From IMG/VR virus record IMGVR_UViG_3300023179_000009, positions 310,001-374,000 of that record: DNA of 64,000 nucleotides, one strand, 5' to 3'. Position numbers and translations under genes: made by a program. Numbering within the stretch: the first letter of the stretch is position 1; every line of letters starts with the position of its first letter. The notes beneath the pieces are model-generated. The model ran no database searches and was not told where the DNA came from. It saw nothing but the letters and a program-made list of their open reading frames with translations. This document shows positions 1 to 11,511 of this stretch, one piece after another.

Positions 1-213
1 GAACCTGTTCTTTACATCGAGGACAAAAGCGGAATTCCCCGTACTCCCCTGTGGGCTTGTCTTTAAATGTGACAAACTTTGATTTTAGTTCATGTTTTTT
101 AGTCCAGTAACGGATAGTGGTTAAAGACTTGCCAGTTTTTTTACTAATTTGATTTAATGATAAATTTTGATTGATATAATTTTCAAGAATATGTTTTTCC
201 ATACTCTATAATA

Positions 214-3200
214 GTGGATTATTTTGATTTTTTATCCCTTTTTGCTATAATCTCCTTTTCATTAACTACAAGTAAGATTATGAGCGATAAAATCACAAAA
301 GATGAAATAGAATACGTAGAGATGTTGTGTCTTCAAACAAACACACCAGTTCCAAGCGATTTAAGAGAATATACAGTTAAGCAGTTGTTTGATTTTCTTA
401 GCATATTAAGAAAAAAAACAACTAATGATAATCGCACCAATGTGCAACTAGACAATCGTATGCCCAATGTATCCTCTGTAAATTTTGAAGGTGAATGATG
501 AGAGTTGTGGCAAAAACGCCCTCGGGTTGGTATGAAAGAAAAAATATCAAACTAACACCAACCGAACGACAAGAATTGTTTTATGGTTGTGATGATGTTA
601 AGCGTGAACAAATTGTGAAAAATTTTAAAGAACAATCCATTGTCAAATTAAACGATAACGAAATAGATTGTTTTGAAAAAATTTTTCAATCATTTAACAT
701 AGATGGCGAATTAGTTATTGCTAATTTGATGATTCACTCTTGTAGGGCCACAGTAGTTACCAAAAATAAGAACACGTTCACAAGGACTGAGCATCAATGG
801 TCAAGTTAACGCAAGAAGATATTGAAAATCTAAAAACGGTTCTTAACGAACAGTTTGAGAGCATACAAAGATTAATGCCTTTGTTGTATGCTACTTGCAA
901 ACAACCAAAAGATTTTCAAGAAATTTATCAAGATATTTTAGAGTGCAATACAGTGATGATGGAGATAATTGAAGGCCCAAAAGGCGGCATTGAAAAACTC
1001 ATAGATCGAACGATTTAATCGCAATGTGTGGAACATATCTTGAAAAGTCGTTTTGAAAATCACCCCACCGAAACGCTCATTCGATACCATCTAGCGTGTC
1101 AGAGAACACTAGTTGTCTTAAAAAGTGAAAACATCACTCAACTGATTGTTGAGTTACAAAATGAATTGAGTCGTAGAAATGAAACTGTTTGCAATTTTCA
1201 AGAATGAAGAATTTTTAGGAACAGTGAAAAATTTTAGTGGTGGTGGTCTTAGAGATTGGGCAAGTCAGTTCTATAAAATTCCTATTGTTGAAATCAAAGT
1301 TTATGAACTTGTTGAGGTGAAGTAAAATTCATCTAATCAAATTCTAATAGTAAAATGGTAAAATCATAGTATTACTAATTTACTATGACTAACATTTTAT
1401 TATGGATCGCTTTGTCCGCTCATGTTTTTTTTCTTTTTAGAGTAAGAAATTCTCCTGCTCAAAGTAAAAAGAAAAAAAGAATTCCAAAGCAATATATCGA
1501 AACAAAAAAATATATCAAAAGTTTAGAAAAACAAGTTGTGGATTTAGGACTTTTACAAACTAAGCCTTAAAAATGTCTCATTTAAATCTTGTTGATTTGG
1601 AACCAGAGTATCGTCAATCGGTTGTTGCTTTCCGCCAACTGCTCGATATGCTTCGTGAAGGTGTTGAAGAACCCGTAGGTGAAACATCGAAGATTGTGGT
1701 TCGTTGGCACGAATGCGATTTTATGGGATTGTGTAGCATTGATCCGATTGAAAGCGATTCTATAGATTCCAGGTACAGTTTTTTGGTTGAAAGGATTTTG
1801 AGTCGTTGGAACAATGTTGTTGGTTCAACGATTCGTTTAAACGACAAAATAGCATATCACTTAAATGTTGATAAGAGTTTGGTGTGGCGCAGTTTTTTCG
1901 ATGACGGAAAGTAAACGATGGAACAACAATGCGATGTAAATTTGTGGGTTGTTAAAGTGTTAGACAACCGAACCGAAAATTTTAATATTATCGGTGGTAT
2001 TTTTGATTCTCAAGAAAAAGCCCAAAAGTTTGTTGTCGATGCTGGATTATACAATATCGCTGAGATTGAATCTTTTATTTTGAACAATCATTATATTTGT
2101 TTTGCATCATGAAAATTCATTACATTCCTTTAAGTGAGTGCAAAAATAGATATTTGTATCGAATACACAGCCGTAATTTATCCTACGGCATCTACAATGA
2201 AAAAACTGAGGGGTTTATTGGAATAAGAAACAAGTTTGGAGATGATTATCTTTTTACTGAATATCATTATGATATTGGTATGCCTTATGGAACTGTTTTT
2301 CCAAAACAAGAACTATTTAAAATTCCCGACGATCTTGAATTAATAGAAACTTTGGGAACAATAGACAATAAATCTAAAAGATCTGTAGAATTTGATAAAC
2401 CGATAAGAGAAGGCGGGAAAGGTTGGTTTTATAGTGATACTGGAGAAAGCGACAAAGACATCCACCCTACAGCAGTACCTAACGAAAAACTTTTTGAGTT
2501 TTTGAAAGGCTTTATCATGGAAAAACAGAAGTTTTACGAATTGAGCGAAAAGATTGCTGCGTTGATGGAAAGTTACAAAATGAAAGTATATGATTTGGAA
2601 TTTATCAACGAATTGATTGAAAAAACAATCGAAAGAAACGAGAAAGAGTGTAGTTATTAATATGACATATCAAGAAATTTACAAACGATTTAAGCAAGGC
2701 AAAGACTTGAAAGATATTTCGATTTTTTCGTTATATTATGCTCTTAAATCAAACGGAGCGCAAGTTATATTGGTTAACGACAAACACCACAGACCGAAGT
2801 TGTATAATTATGTTCCTGAGACGAATCGCTTTTACACACTTGCCAAGGGTTAATAAATGAATCTCGACAACTACAAAGCCAGTCGATTTCCTGTAAAGAT
2901 TCCGAGCAATTTTGAATTTCAAGTAGACGATTATCATGAGTTTAGAAATATTCAACATATTCTTAAAACGACGGTGGGATTAAATTATAAGTTTGAAGAA
3001 GTAGGTTGCGACGGAAAGTATTATGCTGTTTTTTGGATTGGTAAAAAGCCGATCCAACTTATTAAAGCAACTAAAAAGTCTTTTGAAGATTACGTGTCGT
3101 GATTGGAGAAAATAATGGCTGACATTAATCTTCTTGATCATAGTTTTTCTACCGAAGTTTTAAAGTGTCTTTTTCAAGATGCGATGCGAAACTTTGGAAA

Positions 3201-3417
3201 GGCAAAACGCTGCATCAAAACTATGAGTTACGATATGGAACAAGGTTACATTGTAACTGATTGTAACGATGTAACATGGCAGATTATGACTGTAGCCAAG
3301 GTGCAAATTCCAACATTCAAAGTTATCAACGATAAAGACGCAAAACAATTTTGCGTTGAATGCAATCGTGGTATAATAGATCGTTGTGAAACGTGCGACT
3401 ATTTAAAAAGGATCTAA
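214..3417 (+). other. Cluster of ~10 short co-oriented hypothetical phage CDS (214-498, 495-809, 797-1018, 1385-1570, 1573-1914, 1918-2112, ~2109-2660, ~2662-2853, 2857-3102, 3103-3417)
   Basis: Tightly packed or overlapping ORFs with AT-rich codon use; no family recognised. Confidence 0.7.
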
Positions 3418-3419
3418 AC

Positions 3420-3899
3420 ATGAATGTTGAACAGTTATACCAGATTTTAGCCAAAAACCCCAATCAAACTTTAAGATGGCAACTGCCCGATGGTTTACAA
3501 GTGCCAAGCCATTATCATGTGACTGAAATAGGAAAGGTTACTAAGCGATTTTTAGATTGTGGTGGTACGGAGCGAACAGTTGAAACGTGCGTGTTGCAAC
3601 TGTGGGTTGCTAACGACACAGACCATCGACTACAAACTCAAAAACTATCAAAGATTATTGAATCGGCCCGATTTATTAGTGGTGATTTGCCGGTTGAAGT
3701 TGAACACGAATCGCCATTATTAACAGTGGTGAAAGAAAACAAATGTGTTGATGATACTACGGTAGCGATTTATCCTGTTGTGGATGTGGTTGTTGATGAT
3801 GGTTTGGTGGTTAGGTTGGGAACCAAACACACAAATTGTTTGGCACCCGAAAAGTGCGGATTAAATGTTTTGTCGTGTGGCAGTTCGGGTTGCTGTTGA
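3420..3899 (+). CDS. DUF6428-like protein (family usually found beside arsenic-resistance genes)
   Basis: HYHVTEIGKVTKRFLDCGG motif, LQLWVAND.DHRL, C-terminal HTNCLAPEKCG...SCGSSGCC. Confidence 0.65.
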   Translation: MNVEQLYQILAKNPNQTLRWQLPDGLQVPSHYHVTEIGKVTKRFLDCGGTERTVETCVLQLWVANDTDHRLQTQKLSKIIESARFISGDLPVEVEHESPLLTVVKENKCVDDTTVAIYPVVDVVVDDGLVVRLGTKHTNCLAPEKCGLNVLSCGSSGCC

Positions 3900-3944
3900 C
3901 AGCCAACAAAGTTTAAAGTAAAAAATACCAACTAAGCGTAAACA

Positions 3945-4184
3945 ATGAAACCCACTCACGGATGGCAGTATCGCATCTTTAAAAAAACCGGTCAGCACTT
4001 GGTCGATGAACCGGATACCATCTACGAGTTGCGTCAAGTTTTTGTTGATGAAAATGATGATGTTGTTCATATTGGAGAAAGTGTGTTGAGTGCCGATTCA
4101 ATCGAACAATTGAGCAACCATATTGATAAAATGCAAAAGTGTTTGCGTGAAAGTGTTTTAGATTACCACACTGGCGAAGAGTAA
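3945..4184 (+). CDS. Small phage hypothetical protein (W.YR...VLDY family; paralogue at 53314)
   Basis: ORF directly after motif copy 3924. Confidence 0.7.
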   Translation: MKPTHGWQYRIFKKTGQHLVDEPDTIYELRQVFVDENDDVVHIGESVLSADSIEQLSNHIDKMQKCLRESVLDYHTGEE

Positions 4185-4282
4185 AAAGGAATTTATTTTG
4201 ATCTTTGTTTTTGTGCCATTGTTTGTTTTTTGTTGTTTTGTTACTGGAACTTTAATCGGTCGTTTTATCGTAAATTATTAAC

Positions 4283-6883
4283 ATGAGCGTTTTGAAAATC
4301 TTTCGTGATTTAGACAGTAAAACACAAGATGCCCAAAAGATTCAAGCCGACATTGAATCTTTTTTTGAAGAGTTCTATGGTGAATTAGATGCTGATTCAA
4401 CCAATAAAGAACTACGTTTTTGGTTAAGAAAAAGTGTGTGTTTGTTGAATCAAGTAAAGAAGTTTCTTAATGATTAAACTGTGGACCGTACCAAAGTAAA
4501 AAAGTAACCCACACGGCTAATAGAACGTATATCCAAAAGTTAGGTGGACTTTTGAGCATAACATATTATATGATTATGCTAACATTTTTTTAACATAATT
4601 TTAATATTTCTCTAACAAATAGAATTTTGTATGAAAAACAATAAAAAGCAAGTTGATAATAAGAAAAAAGTCAATAACAAGAAAAAGATTGATTGTGCCG
4701 CAGAACAACAAAAGCAATATGAGAGCATGATTCTCCGACGAGGCACACAAGCCAAGTGGGGAGAAGCAGAGTTGTATTTGACTGCCGATGAGATGGAGCG
4801 TTATTACGGAGAACGATGCGAAGAATTTGAGCCGTACTGTGGATCGTGTCAGGCTTGGTTAGAATGGAACAAAACAGGTAAGGCTCGTTTGCTTTTTGAG
4901 CGTGATGTTTTCATGAAACTTTTGGAAGAAAATCGTCTTTAGGATTATTAACAAATGAGTTGTGACGTTACCGAGAATTGTTGCGTGTGCGGTAAAAAAG
5001 TATATTGTTGCGACAAAGAACAATCGGTTAATAACAATTATGTTTGTGATGTTCACCGTGATGGATGTGAAGTGAAGGATGGTGTTTGGGTGTGCAGTGA
5101 GCAGTGTGAAGAAAAGTATAACACAAAGCATTTGAACATTTTTGGATGTGAAGTGAAGGATGGTGTTTGGGTGTGCAAAGAAAAACGTGATACTCAAAAC
5201 TCGTCTATGAACATTTTATCAATTTGGGACAAGTGTTGTGCTTGTGAAAATGTTAGCGATGAAGAACTCGATTATGCTATCGGTTTTCTCCGAGATTTAG
5301 AAGAAAAATTAGACAAGTTGGGACCAACATTTCTTTTATCTAGGAAAGAAGTTTGTAGAATGTTGGATGTGTTTGAGGCGTTCGGGTTTGCTCGAAAAGG
5401 AATGAAGGATTTGTAATACCAACTAAAGTGGCACGATGGCAAAATCATTCAAACAACTAGCAGAAAAACACGCCACCCAAAAATCTAAGATCGTTGCGAA
5501 ACAACGAACCAAACAGTTATTAAGGAAGATTAGATTCAATGATTGTGTTATGCAAAAGCATTATGAATCATTGATCAAAAACGGTTATCATTGGCGAACT
5601 GCTGAAAGTAAAACCTTAAAAACATTCAAAGAATATGACAATTAATAAAGTTGCTGCTTTAAAAGCAGGAGACAATATTCTGGTGGGTGATCAAGTTTAC
5701 ACGGTGACTGGAACTCACCAGACTGGCATTCATGATTTAGATGTTTATGTGAAAAGTGAATTGGATAGGTACGAAAAGAAATTAGCATTGTTTGCTGGTG
5801 ATCGAGTCTGTGTTTTAGGTCGTTAATCTAAGAAAACGCTACAATGGCTGGATTGTTGTTGTTCGTGTTGTTGGGCTATATGGCTAGTGTACGCATTTAC
5901 GATTGGTGGAACGGATATGCGGATTTGTTTTAGTCATTAACAAAAAAATTATGAAAACTGAAACCTTAGAACTAACTCGATCAGAAATTCAGTACCTTAT
6001 GGAAATTGTCAAGGATCATATTGATAGTGGAGTTTATTGGGGCAACCAAGAGAGGTTTCATCAAATGCAAAACAATGTGTTTGATAAACTAGAAGAAAGT
6101 ATGAGTTTAATTGATCCTGAAATGAACGGATTCGATGGAAATTATTAACGGAGTTTTCGAGCGTGAAATATGGAAATTGTCTTGTAGGGGCGTTGTATCT
6201 TCTCTGGAAGAAAAGAAAAACTGAACCAAAGTTTATTTACAGATACAGAACGAATACAAAAGTTCCTCATTTTATGGTGCGAACAAAACGTAGACTTTAT
6301 CATTATAAGGTAGAACAGGATCTTTTTCCTTGGCCTTTTTGTTACGTTTTATTCAAGGGAACTTTTGAATCTTTGCCTGTGCGAGAAGAAGAAAACTTTG
6401 TTAAAGGATACAATTAATCCGAATCAAAATGTCGGTCGGTGCGTAGTAAAGTTACGGGTGTTGTGACGCCAACTAACTTCTAGGATAACACGAATGTTCA
6501 AGGATTATCAAGACTACCTGAATTTTCACAATAATGATTTGTTACCGTTCAGTGAAAAGCACAATATTGTTATTAGGAAAAAAACCCTTGAGCAGTTTTT
6601 GATAGAAAATTACAAGGATAGTGTTGAACATTATTTGATGACGCAATACAAGACTGATGCGTTTCATGATTTGTTTTTCGGCAAGGGTGATATGGATTCG
6701 GATGAGTTGACGAGGGAAGAAATTCTTTATGAACAAATGTATAACGTCGTTTGTAATCTTATTGAGGTTTGTAGAATTAGTGGCTTTGATATTAATAGAA
6801 CTTCTAGGTTGGTTTTTGATATATTGACTATCCAAGGGGTGCTAGTCAATAGTGAAGACGCTTCGGTTAATAATAAGATGTAG
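4283..6883 (+). other. Short hypothetical CDS (4283-4477, 4631-4942, 4955-5416, 5436-5645, 5635-5826, ~5951-6148, 6163-6417, 6494-6883)
   Basis: Co-oriented ORFs; 4955-5416 is Cys-rich and has an internal duplication. Confidence 0.65.
5062..5177 (+). repeat. 35-bp exact direct repeat inside CDS 4955-5416
   Basis: TGGATGTGAAGTGAAGGATGGTGTTTGGGTGTGCA at 5062-5096 and 5143-5177 (GCEVKDGVWVC twice). Confidence 0.9.
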
Positions 6884-7763
6884 ATTTGTGGGTTAGTTGC
6901 CCAAAGTGATATTTGATATGATTGTTGTGGTGGGTTATTGGCCCAAAATGTAGAGAAAAGTGTTTCTATGTATTTTAGAATAGAAATTTCCTAATGGAAG
7001 ATAAAAGTTGAGTTTTATTTGAGTTTTTGAAAAATTAAGTCTGGTCTGCCCAACTCTTGAGTCACTCTTTATTCACAAAAAATTTGCTTATAATTGCCTT
7101 TTATTTGCGTGTTTTTTGATGTTTATAGACGATTATAAGATGCTTATAATTCGATGTAACCAGGAAAAAGCAACGAAACCAACAGTCAAAAAGCAATTTG
7201 TATGCAATTAAAATCAAATCAAAAGTGACTAAAAGTGACTATATTGAATTGCCACTACCACCATGAGTGAATAGTGATCTTGAGTCGTTGAGTGAAATCA
7301 GCGACTCTTGCATTTTTGATACCAACTAGCCACCATGTTCAGTCCTTAGATTCTTATTCAAAACAAGGAATTTTCTATGTACGTTGTAGTTGCTTCTACG
7401 AACCTCACGCACTTCAATGTTTACGGACCATTTGTGAATGAAGAAATTGCCGAGAAATGGGGTGATGAAAATATCGGCAAAAATGACTTAGAGTGGTTTG
7501 TTGAAAAAGTGCAAAAGGAAATTGTTGTTGATGATCCAAACCTGCCAGAGCATCACTTGACATAGTTTTTTGATACCAACTAGCCACCCAACAAATGGAT
7601 ACGATATGTCTGCAATAGAATGGCTTAAGGAAAATGACATCGAACCAGACTCGGTAAGCGATACGCTTATTGCCCTGTTAGATGCTTGTGATGACCAAAA
7701 AGTGGCTAATATGATGCGAACCACACTGATCGCATTAGAGATTTTTGATACCAACTAGACCCC

Positions 7764-7791
7764 TTGACAACCAGTTTTTCAAGCGTACAAT
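7764..7791 (+). promoter_or_regulatory. Sigma70-type promoter
   Basis: TTGACA-N16-TACAAT just after motif 7747 and upstream of ORF 7843 (RBS AGGA). Confidence 0.55.
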
Positions 7792-7842
7792 TAGTTACTA
7801 GTAGTAACTAATTCGCCCCCACCCTCCCTTTTAGGAAACATT

Positions 7843-8328
7843 ATGTTCCGCTCTGATGATGAACGTGCTTGCGCTTATGCGACTATGAAGGTGCTGGAGC
7901 GTATGCTGGCAAAAGATGGAGTTATTCCGCCAGGATACCAGCGTGATTTTAGTGGATCTTCAGTGTGTGTTACTCTGCCACCAGACAGCATTGTAAAGCG
8001 TGAACTTGGTGAAAATGGGGATGGAACCGTACTGAAGACTGCTGTGCAGAATCTTTACGGTTATGCACTGTGGGCTTTTTTGATCCAAAAGTTGCGAAAG
8101 TTTAATCAGTGGAAACTGATTCGATCTGCTATTATCGAAAGTATGCAAGAGGTGATTGTTCGTGGCGGCAGCAATATGCGTGACGAAATCACAAAGGAAT
8201 ATCCTGAAGTTGCTAAGGAAATCGAAGATTTGCAGCGTGATCTGCAAATTCCTGATCGAATCGAAGAAACTCCTAGGAACTTTAAGAGTCCCAAGTTGCC
8301 TGCTACGGTGACGATAAAGATCAAGTAA
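7843..8328 (+). CDS. Hypothetical protein
   Basis: 161-aa ORF with RBS and upstream promoter. Confidence 0.75.
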   Translation: MFRSDDERACAYATMKVLERMLAKDGVIPPGYQRDFSGSSVCVTLPPDSIVKRELGENGDGTVLKTAVQNLYGYALWAFLIQKLRKFNQWKLIRSAIIESMQEVIVRGGSNMRDEITKEYPEVAKEIEDLQRDLQIPDRIEETPRNFKSPKLPATVTIKIK

Positions 8329-8401
8329 GGTATACTACCTAGGATCGTGTTGCTCTTTGACAATTTGCTGCGGTGATGAAATTGGAAAACATAGCGGACT
8401 T

Positions 8402-9144
8402 GTGCATTTAATGTATTGAAAAATGTTTCTGCCATACTATAATAAAGTATGGAAAAAACATTAAAATGCGTTAAATGCAGTCAAGATCGTGATGTTGGCA
8501 GAAAAATGTGTCGGCCATGCTATCTTGAATACAAGCGTTCTTTGGAAAAACAACGCTATCAAGATAATGGAAGAAATAATTACCAAAAGACCTGTGCTGC
8601 TTGTCAAACAAGTTTTGAGGCATGGCGTAAGAAACAAATTTTTTGTTCTAACTGCCATAAATTAAAACTCAAGTTTGCAGCAGAAAGCAAAAGTACCAAT
8701 CAATATGTAAATATTGGTGGTAAAAATGAACACAGATCTATTGCTGAAAATGTTTTAGGATATAAATTGTCTTATAACATGGTTATTCACCATGTAGACG
8801 ATAATCCTAAAAACAATAAAATTAGCAATTTAATGGTAATGGATCGAAGGACACATGGAAGGCTACATCAATATCTTGATTGCCAACGAGTCATCATAGA
8901 GAAATCTATGAATGAGAACTGTGGAAATTGCTGGAAAGCCCTGATAGTTCCCATGACTACAGCATGGTTGGAAACGACGGGTGCGAAAGTTATAAAACTA
9001 TGGGAAATTGGGTAATCAGCAGCCGAGCCTCTTTAAAATGAGGAAGGTTCAGAGACTTATGCTCACAGCACCTTAACGAGTAAAGTCGAAGGTGAAGATA
9101 TAGTCCAAATGAGTAATCATGATGTGAAAGCATCAATCTCATTG
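8402..9144 (+). ncRNA. Group I intron carrying an HNH endonuclease gene
   Basis: P AAATTGCTGGAAA (8925), Q AATCAGCAG (9014), R GGTTCAGAGACT (9046), S AAGATATAGTCC (9095); exon ends in U and intron ends in G. Confidence 0.9.
8449..9015 (+). CDS. Intron-encoded HNH homing endonuclease
   Basis: EHRSIAE...VIHHVDDNPKNNKISNLMVM...H; N-terminal CxxC pairs; ORF runs into the intron core. Confidence 0.85.
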   Translation: MEKTLKCVKCSQDRDVGRKMCRPCYLEYKRSLEKQRYQDNGRNNYQKTCAACQTSFEAWRKKQIFCSNCHKLKLKFAAESKSTNQYVNIGGKNEHRSIAENVLGYKLSYNMVIHHVDDNPKNNKISNLMVMDRRTHGRLHQYLDCQRVIIEKSMNENCGNCWKALIVPMTTAWLETTGAKVIKLWEIG

Positions 9145-9256
9145 AAAATCCGCTGGTCGCAAGACCTTGAGGGTTCGAGTCCCTCCCGCAGTATTAGACA
9201 TTTGCAGTATAATTCAATAACACTTATCATTATGGGAACTATTCGTTGTTCCCATA

Positions 9257-9691
9257 ATGATAAAATACTATACTGCAAGAAAATATAAGAAAAATATAGA
9301 TTGCTTACGTCAAACAGCACTAGATCATCGTGTGTATCGTAACGGATGGTCTGTGCGGAGCATACTACAAACTTATCCTCATTTAATATCAAGAATAAGT
9401 TTGGCATTTGATGGATCACAGGCAATAGGTCTGGCGATCCTAATAGACCATAAGAAATTAAATCAATATAAAATCCACTCTTTGAGTCGTCGTGAATATA
9501 ATTTCTATTTAAGCATCTGGCTAGACCCGTTAAAGAACGAACGGCGGTTAATGGTTTATGTGAAACCAGGATACCGGAAACGTGGAATCGGAACCGACTT
9601 GATTCGCAATTTACAATTGACCGGCCGAGTAACTTTCAAACAAGGCATACGGGGAACACGCACTTTCTATAGAAAAGCACTAAGTTCATGA
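9257..9691 (+). CDS. GNAT-family acetyltransferase-like protein
   Basis: Motif A: VYVKPGYRKRGIGTDLI. Confidence 0.6.
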   Translation: MIKYYTARKYKKNIDCLRQTALDHRVYRNGWSVRSILQTYPHLISRISLAFDGSQAIGLAILIDHKKLNQYKIHSLSRREYNFYLSIWLDPLKNERRLMVYVKPGYRKRGIGTDLIRNLQLTGRVTFKQGIRGTRTFYRKALSS

Positions 9692-9701
9692 ATTTCTAAA
9701 C

Positions 9702-9729
9702 TTGACAACGATTTGCGGATTGGTATAAT
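9702..9729 (+). promoter_or_regulatory. Sigma70-type promoter with extended -10, overlapped by a 26-bp palindrome
   Basis: TTGACA-N16-TATAAT with TG; ATAATGTAACTTATAAGTTACATTAT at 9725-9750. Confidence 0.65.
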
Positions 9730-9759
9730 GTAACTTATAAGTTACATTATACCAACTAG

Positions 9760-9815
9760 GCGGATATGCCGAAGCAAGTTTATGATTTGTGGGTTCGATT
9801 CCCACCCCGAGGACT
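9760..9815 (+). pseudogene. tRNA remnant
   Basis: tRNA-like 5' start GGCGGATATGCCG and T arm GTGGG-TTCGATT-CCCAC, but no anticodon arm. Confidence 0.4.
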
Positions 9816-9842
9816 TTTGATTAGATACTATATTAAATATAT

Positions 9843-9917
9843 GCCTAGGTAGCCCAACTGGCAGGAGGCGGATCACTCAAAATGATCACAGTGCGAGTTC
9901 GAATCTCGCCCTAGGTA
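9843..9917 (+). tRNA. trnL: tRNA-Leu(CAA), short variable loop
   Basis: GCCTAGG/CCTAGGT, GATCA-CTCAAAA-TGATC, GCGAG-TTCGAAT-CTCGC. Confidence 0.9.
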
Positions 9918-9988
9918 CTTGAAAAAAAGGCTTTTTAATGTCGAACCTTTATTTGTAAAAAATTGTGTTTGCCACACTACTATAGAGT

Positions 9989-10774
9989 ATGGCAAGACAA
10001 CGAAAATGGACAGATGATCAACTAATAGAGGCGGTTAAAACATCTCAAAGTTATTCGCAAGTTATTCAAAAACTTGGCTTGAAACTTTCTGGGGGAACTC
10101 ACGCCAATATCAAGTTAAATATTAGAAAATTAGGACTCGATACAGAACATATTACAGGTCAAGGTTGGTGTACTGGCGATTTTCATGTTCATTTAATTAA
10201 AAATTTTGTTAAGATACCTACTGAAAAAATATTGGTTAAGGACTCCGAATACACATCCACCCACAGACTAAAACATAGACTGTTTAAAGAAGGTTTGTTA
10301 GAACAGAAGTGCAGTAGTTGCGGATTAGGAACCAAATGGAATGGTAAATTTATTTCACTTCAATTAGATCACAAGGATGGTGATCGTTGTAACAATCAAA
10401 TTGACAACCTAAGAATTTTGTGTCCTAACTGCCACAGTCAGACCGAATCGTTTTGCGGCAAAAACATAAAGAAAAATAAAATAAATTGCCACAGTCAGAC
10501 TGACTCGTTTTGCGGTAAAAAGAAAAAGAAGAATAAAATAAAAGTCCGCAAAACAATTTGTGTTAACAAATGTGTTTTTTGTAATTTAGATTACGAAGCC
10601 AAAGATAAAAAACAAAAGTATTGTTCTTACGAGTGCCATAAAAAAAGTCTAAGGAAAATAGATCGTCCTTCAAAAGAACAATTGATAAATGAACTAGCGG
10701 AGAGTAATTATGTTCAAGTTGGAAAAAAATATGGCGTATCAGATAATGCGATAAGAAAATGGCTTAAACTCTAA
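9989..10774 (+). CDS. Free-standing HNH endonuclease between tRNA genes
   Basis: CSSCG...LQLDHKDGDRCNNQIDNLRILCPNCHSQT; C-terminal HTH-like segment (YVQVGKKYGVSDNAIRKW). Confidence 0.88.
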   Translation: MARQRKWTDDQLIEAVKTSQSYSQVIQKLGLKLSGGTHANIKLNIRKLGLDTEHITGQGWCTGDFHVHLIKNFVKIPTEKILVKDSEYTSTHRLKHRLFKEGLLEQKCSSCGLGTKWNGKFISLQLDHKDGDRCNNQIDNLRILCPNCHSQTESFCGKNIKKNKINCHSQTDSFCGKKKKKNKIKVRKTICVNKCVFCNLDYEAKDKKQKYCSYECHKKSLRKIDRPSKEQLINELAESNYVQVGKKYGVSDNAIRKWLKL

Positions 10775-10783
10775 GTTATTTCT

Positions 10784-10856
10784 GGGGCGTTCATCTAATG
10801 GTCTAAGATGTCACTCTTATAAGGTGGTCAAGAAAGTTCGATTCTTTCACGCCCTA
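10784..10856 (+). tRNA. trnI: tRNA-Ile(UAU)
   Basis: GGGGCGT/ACGCCCT, D stem ATCT/AGAT, loop CTTATAA, T arm GAAAG-TTCGATT-CTTTC. Confidence 0.8.
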
Positions 10857-11015
10857 TTTTCTACAATTTGACTCAGAAAAAAGTTCAACTCTCGTTATCT
10901 CTATTTTTTGTCATTTGACTTAAGTGTTTGATATTAAACAACTTACGTCAAATGGGAAAAACTTTCTAGTCGTAAGTCTTTGTCTGATAATACTTTAGGT
11001 TAAAGGAGCAATAAA

Positions 11016-11510
11016 ATGCCTAAGTTTGAAGTTACTATTGAGCGAGAAGTTCCTTGTTATCGTGAACGTGCTACTGTGGTAGTAGAGGCTGATTGTGCAG
11101 AAGATATTGAAGACAATTTTGATTTTGCTTTATTGGATGATATTGAATTAGATTGGGAAGAAGTTATGGAAGGTCATGGTGGTTTTCCGTGTGACTATGA
11201 CATTTGGAGCGTAGACTCTGTTGACGAATCTATGCCTACTGATATTGACTTGAAAACGTCTTAGGAACTTATCATGCGTTTGCTCATGGGCTTTGTTCAA
11301 GAGCCAAAACTTGAGATGCGTTTAAGTATAATCTGTCAGGTTTGCAAACTGAGTGTTGCGACTCGTTCCAATTTTGATGTCGTGATTCTCGGAACACGCA
11401 CCAAGTACAATGTTTGCAAATGTGGCAGAGAAATAGAATCGCCTGATACCAACTACAAGCGTAGGTGGCGATACTGGAATAAAAAAGTTAATTTCCATAA
11501 AGAGAATTAA
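11016..11510 (+). other. Two small hypothetical CDS (11016-11264 acidic; 11274-11510 Zn-ribbon-like CxxC...CxC)
   Basis: RBS GGAG upstream of 11016. Confidence 0.65.
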
Positions 11511-11511
11511 T

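Larger units (their letters stand above)
8367..9193 (+). tRNA. trnL: tRNA-Leu(UAA) split by a group I intron (exons 8367-8401 and 9145-9193)
   Basis: Joined exons give acceptor GCTGCGG/CCGCAGT, anticodon arm GCGGA-CTTAAAA-TCCGC, long variable arm GGTC-GCAA-GACC and T arm GAGGG-TTCGAGT-CCCTC. Confidence 0.9.

Noticed and set aside
6884-7317. Long non-coding gap as a possible origin or ncRNA
   Set aside because: Only short repeats (AAAAGTGACT twice) and weak promoter-like boxes; there is not enough structure to support a call.
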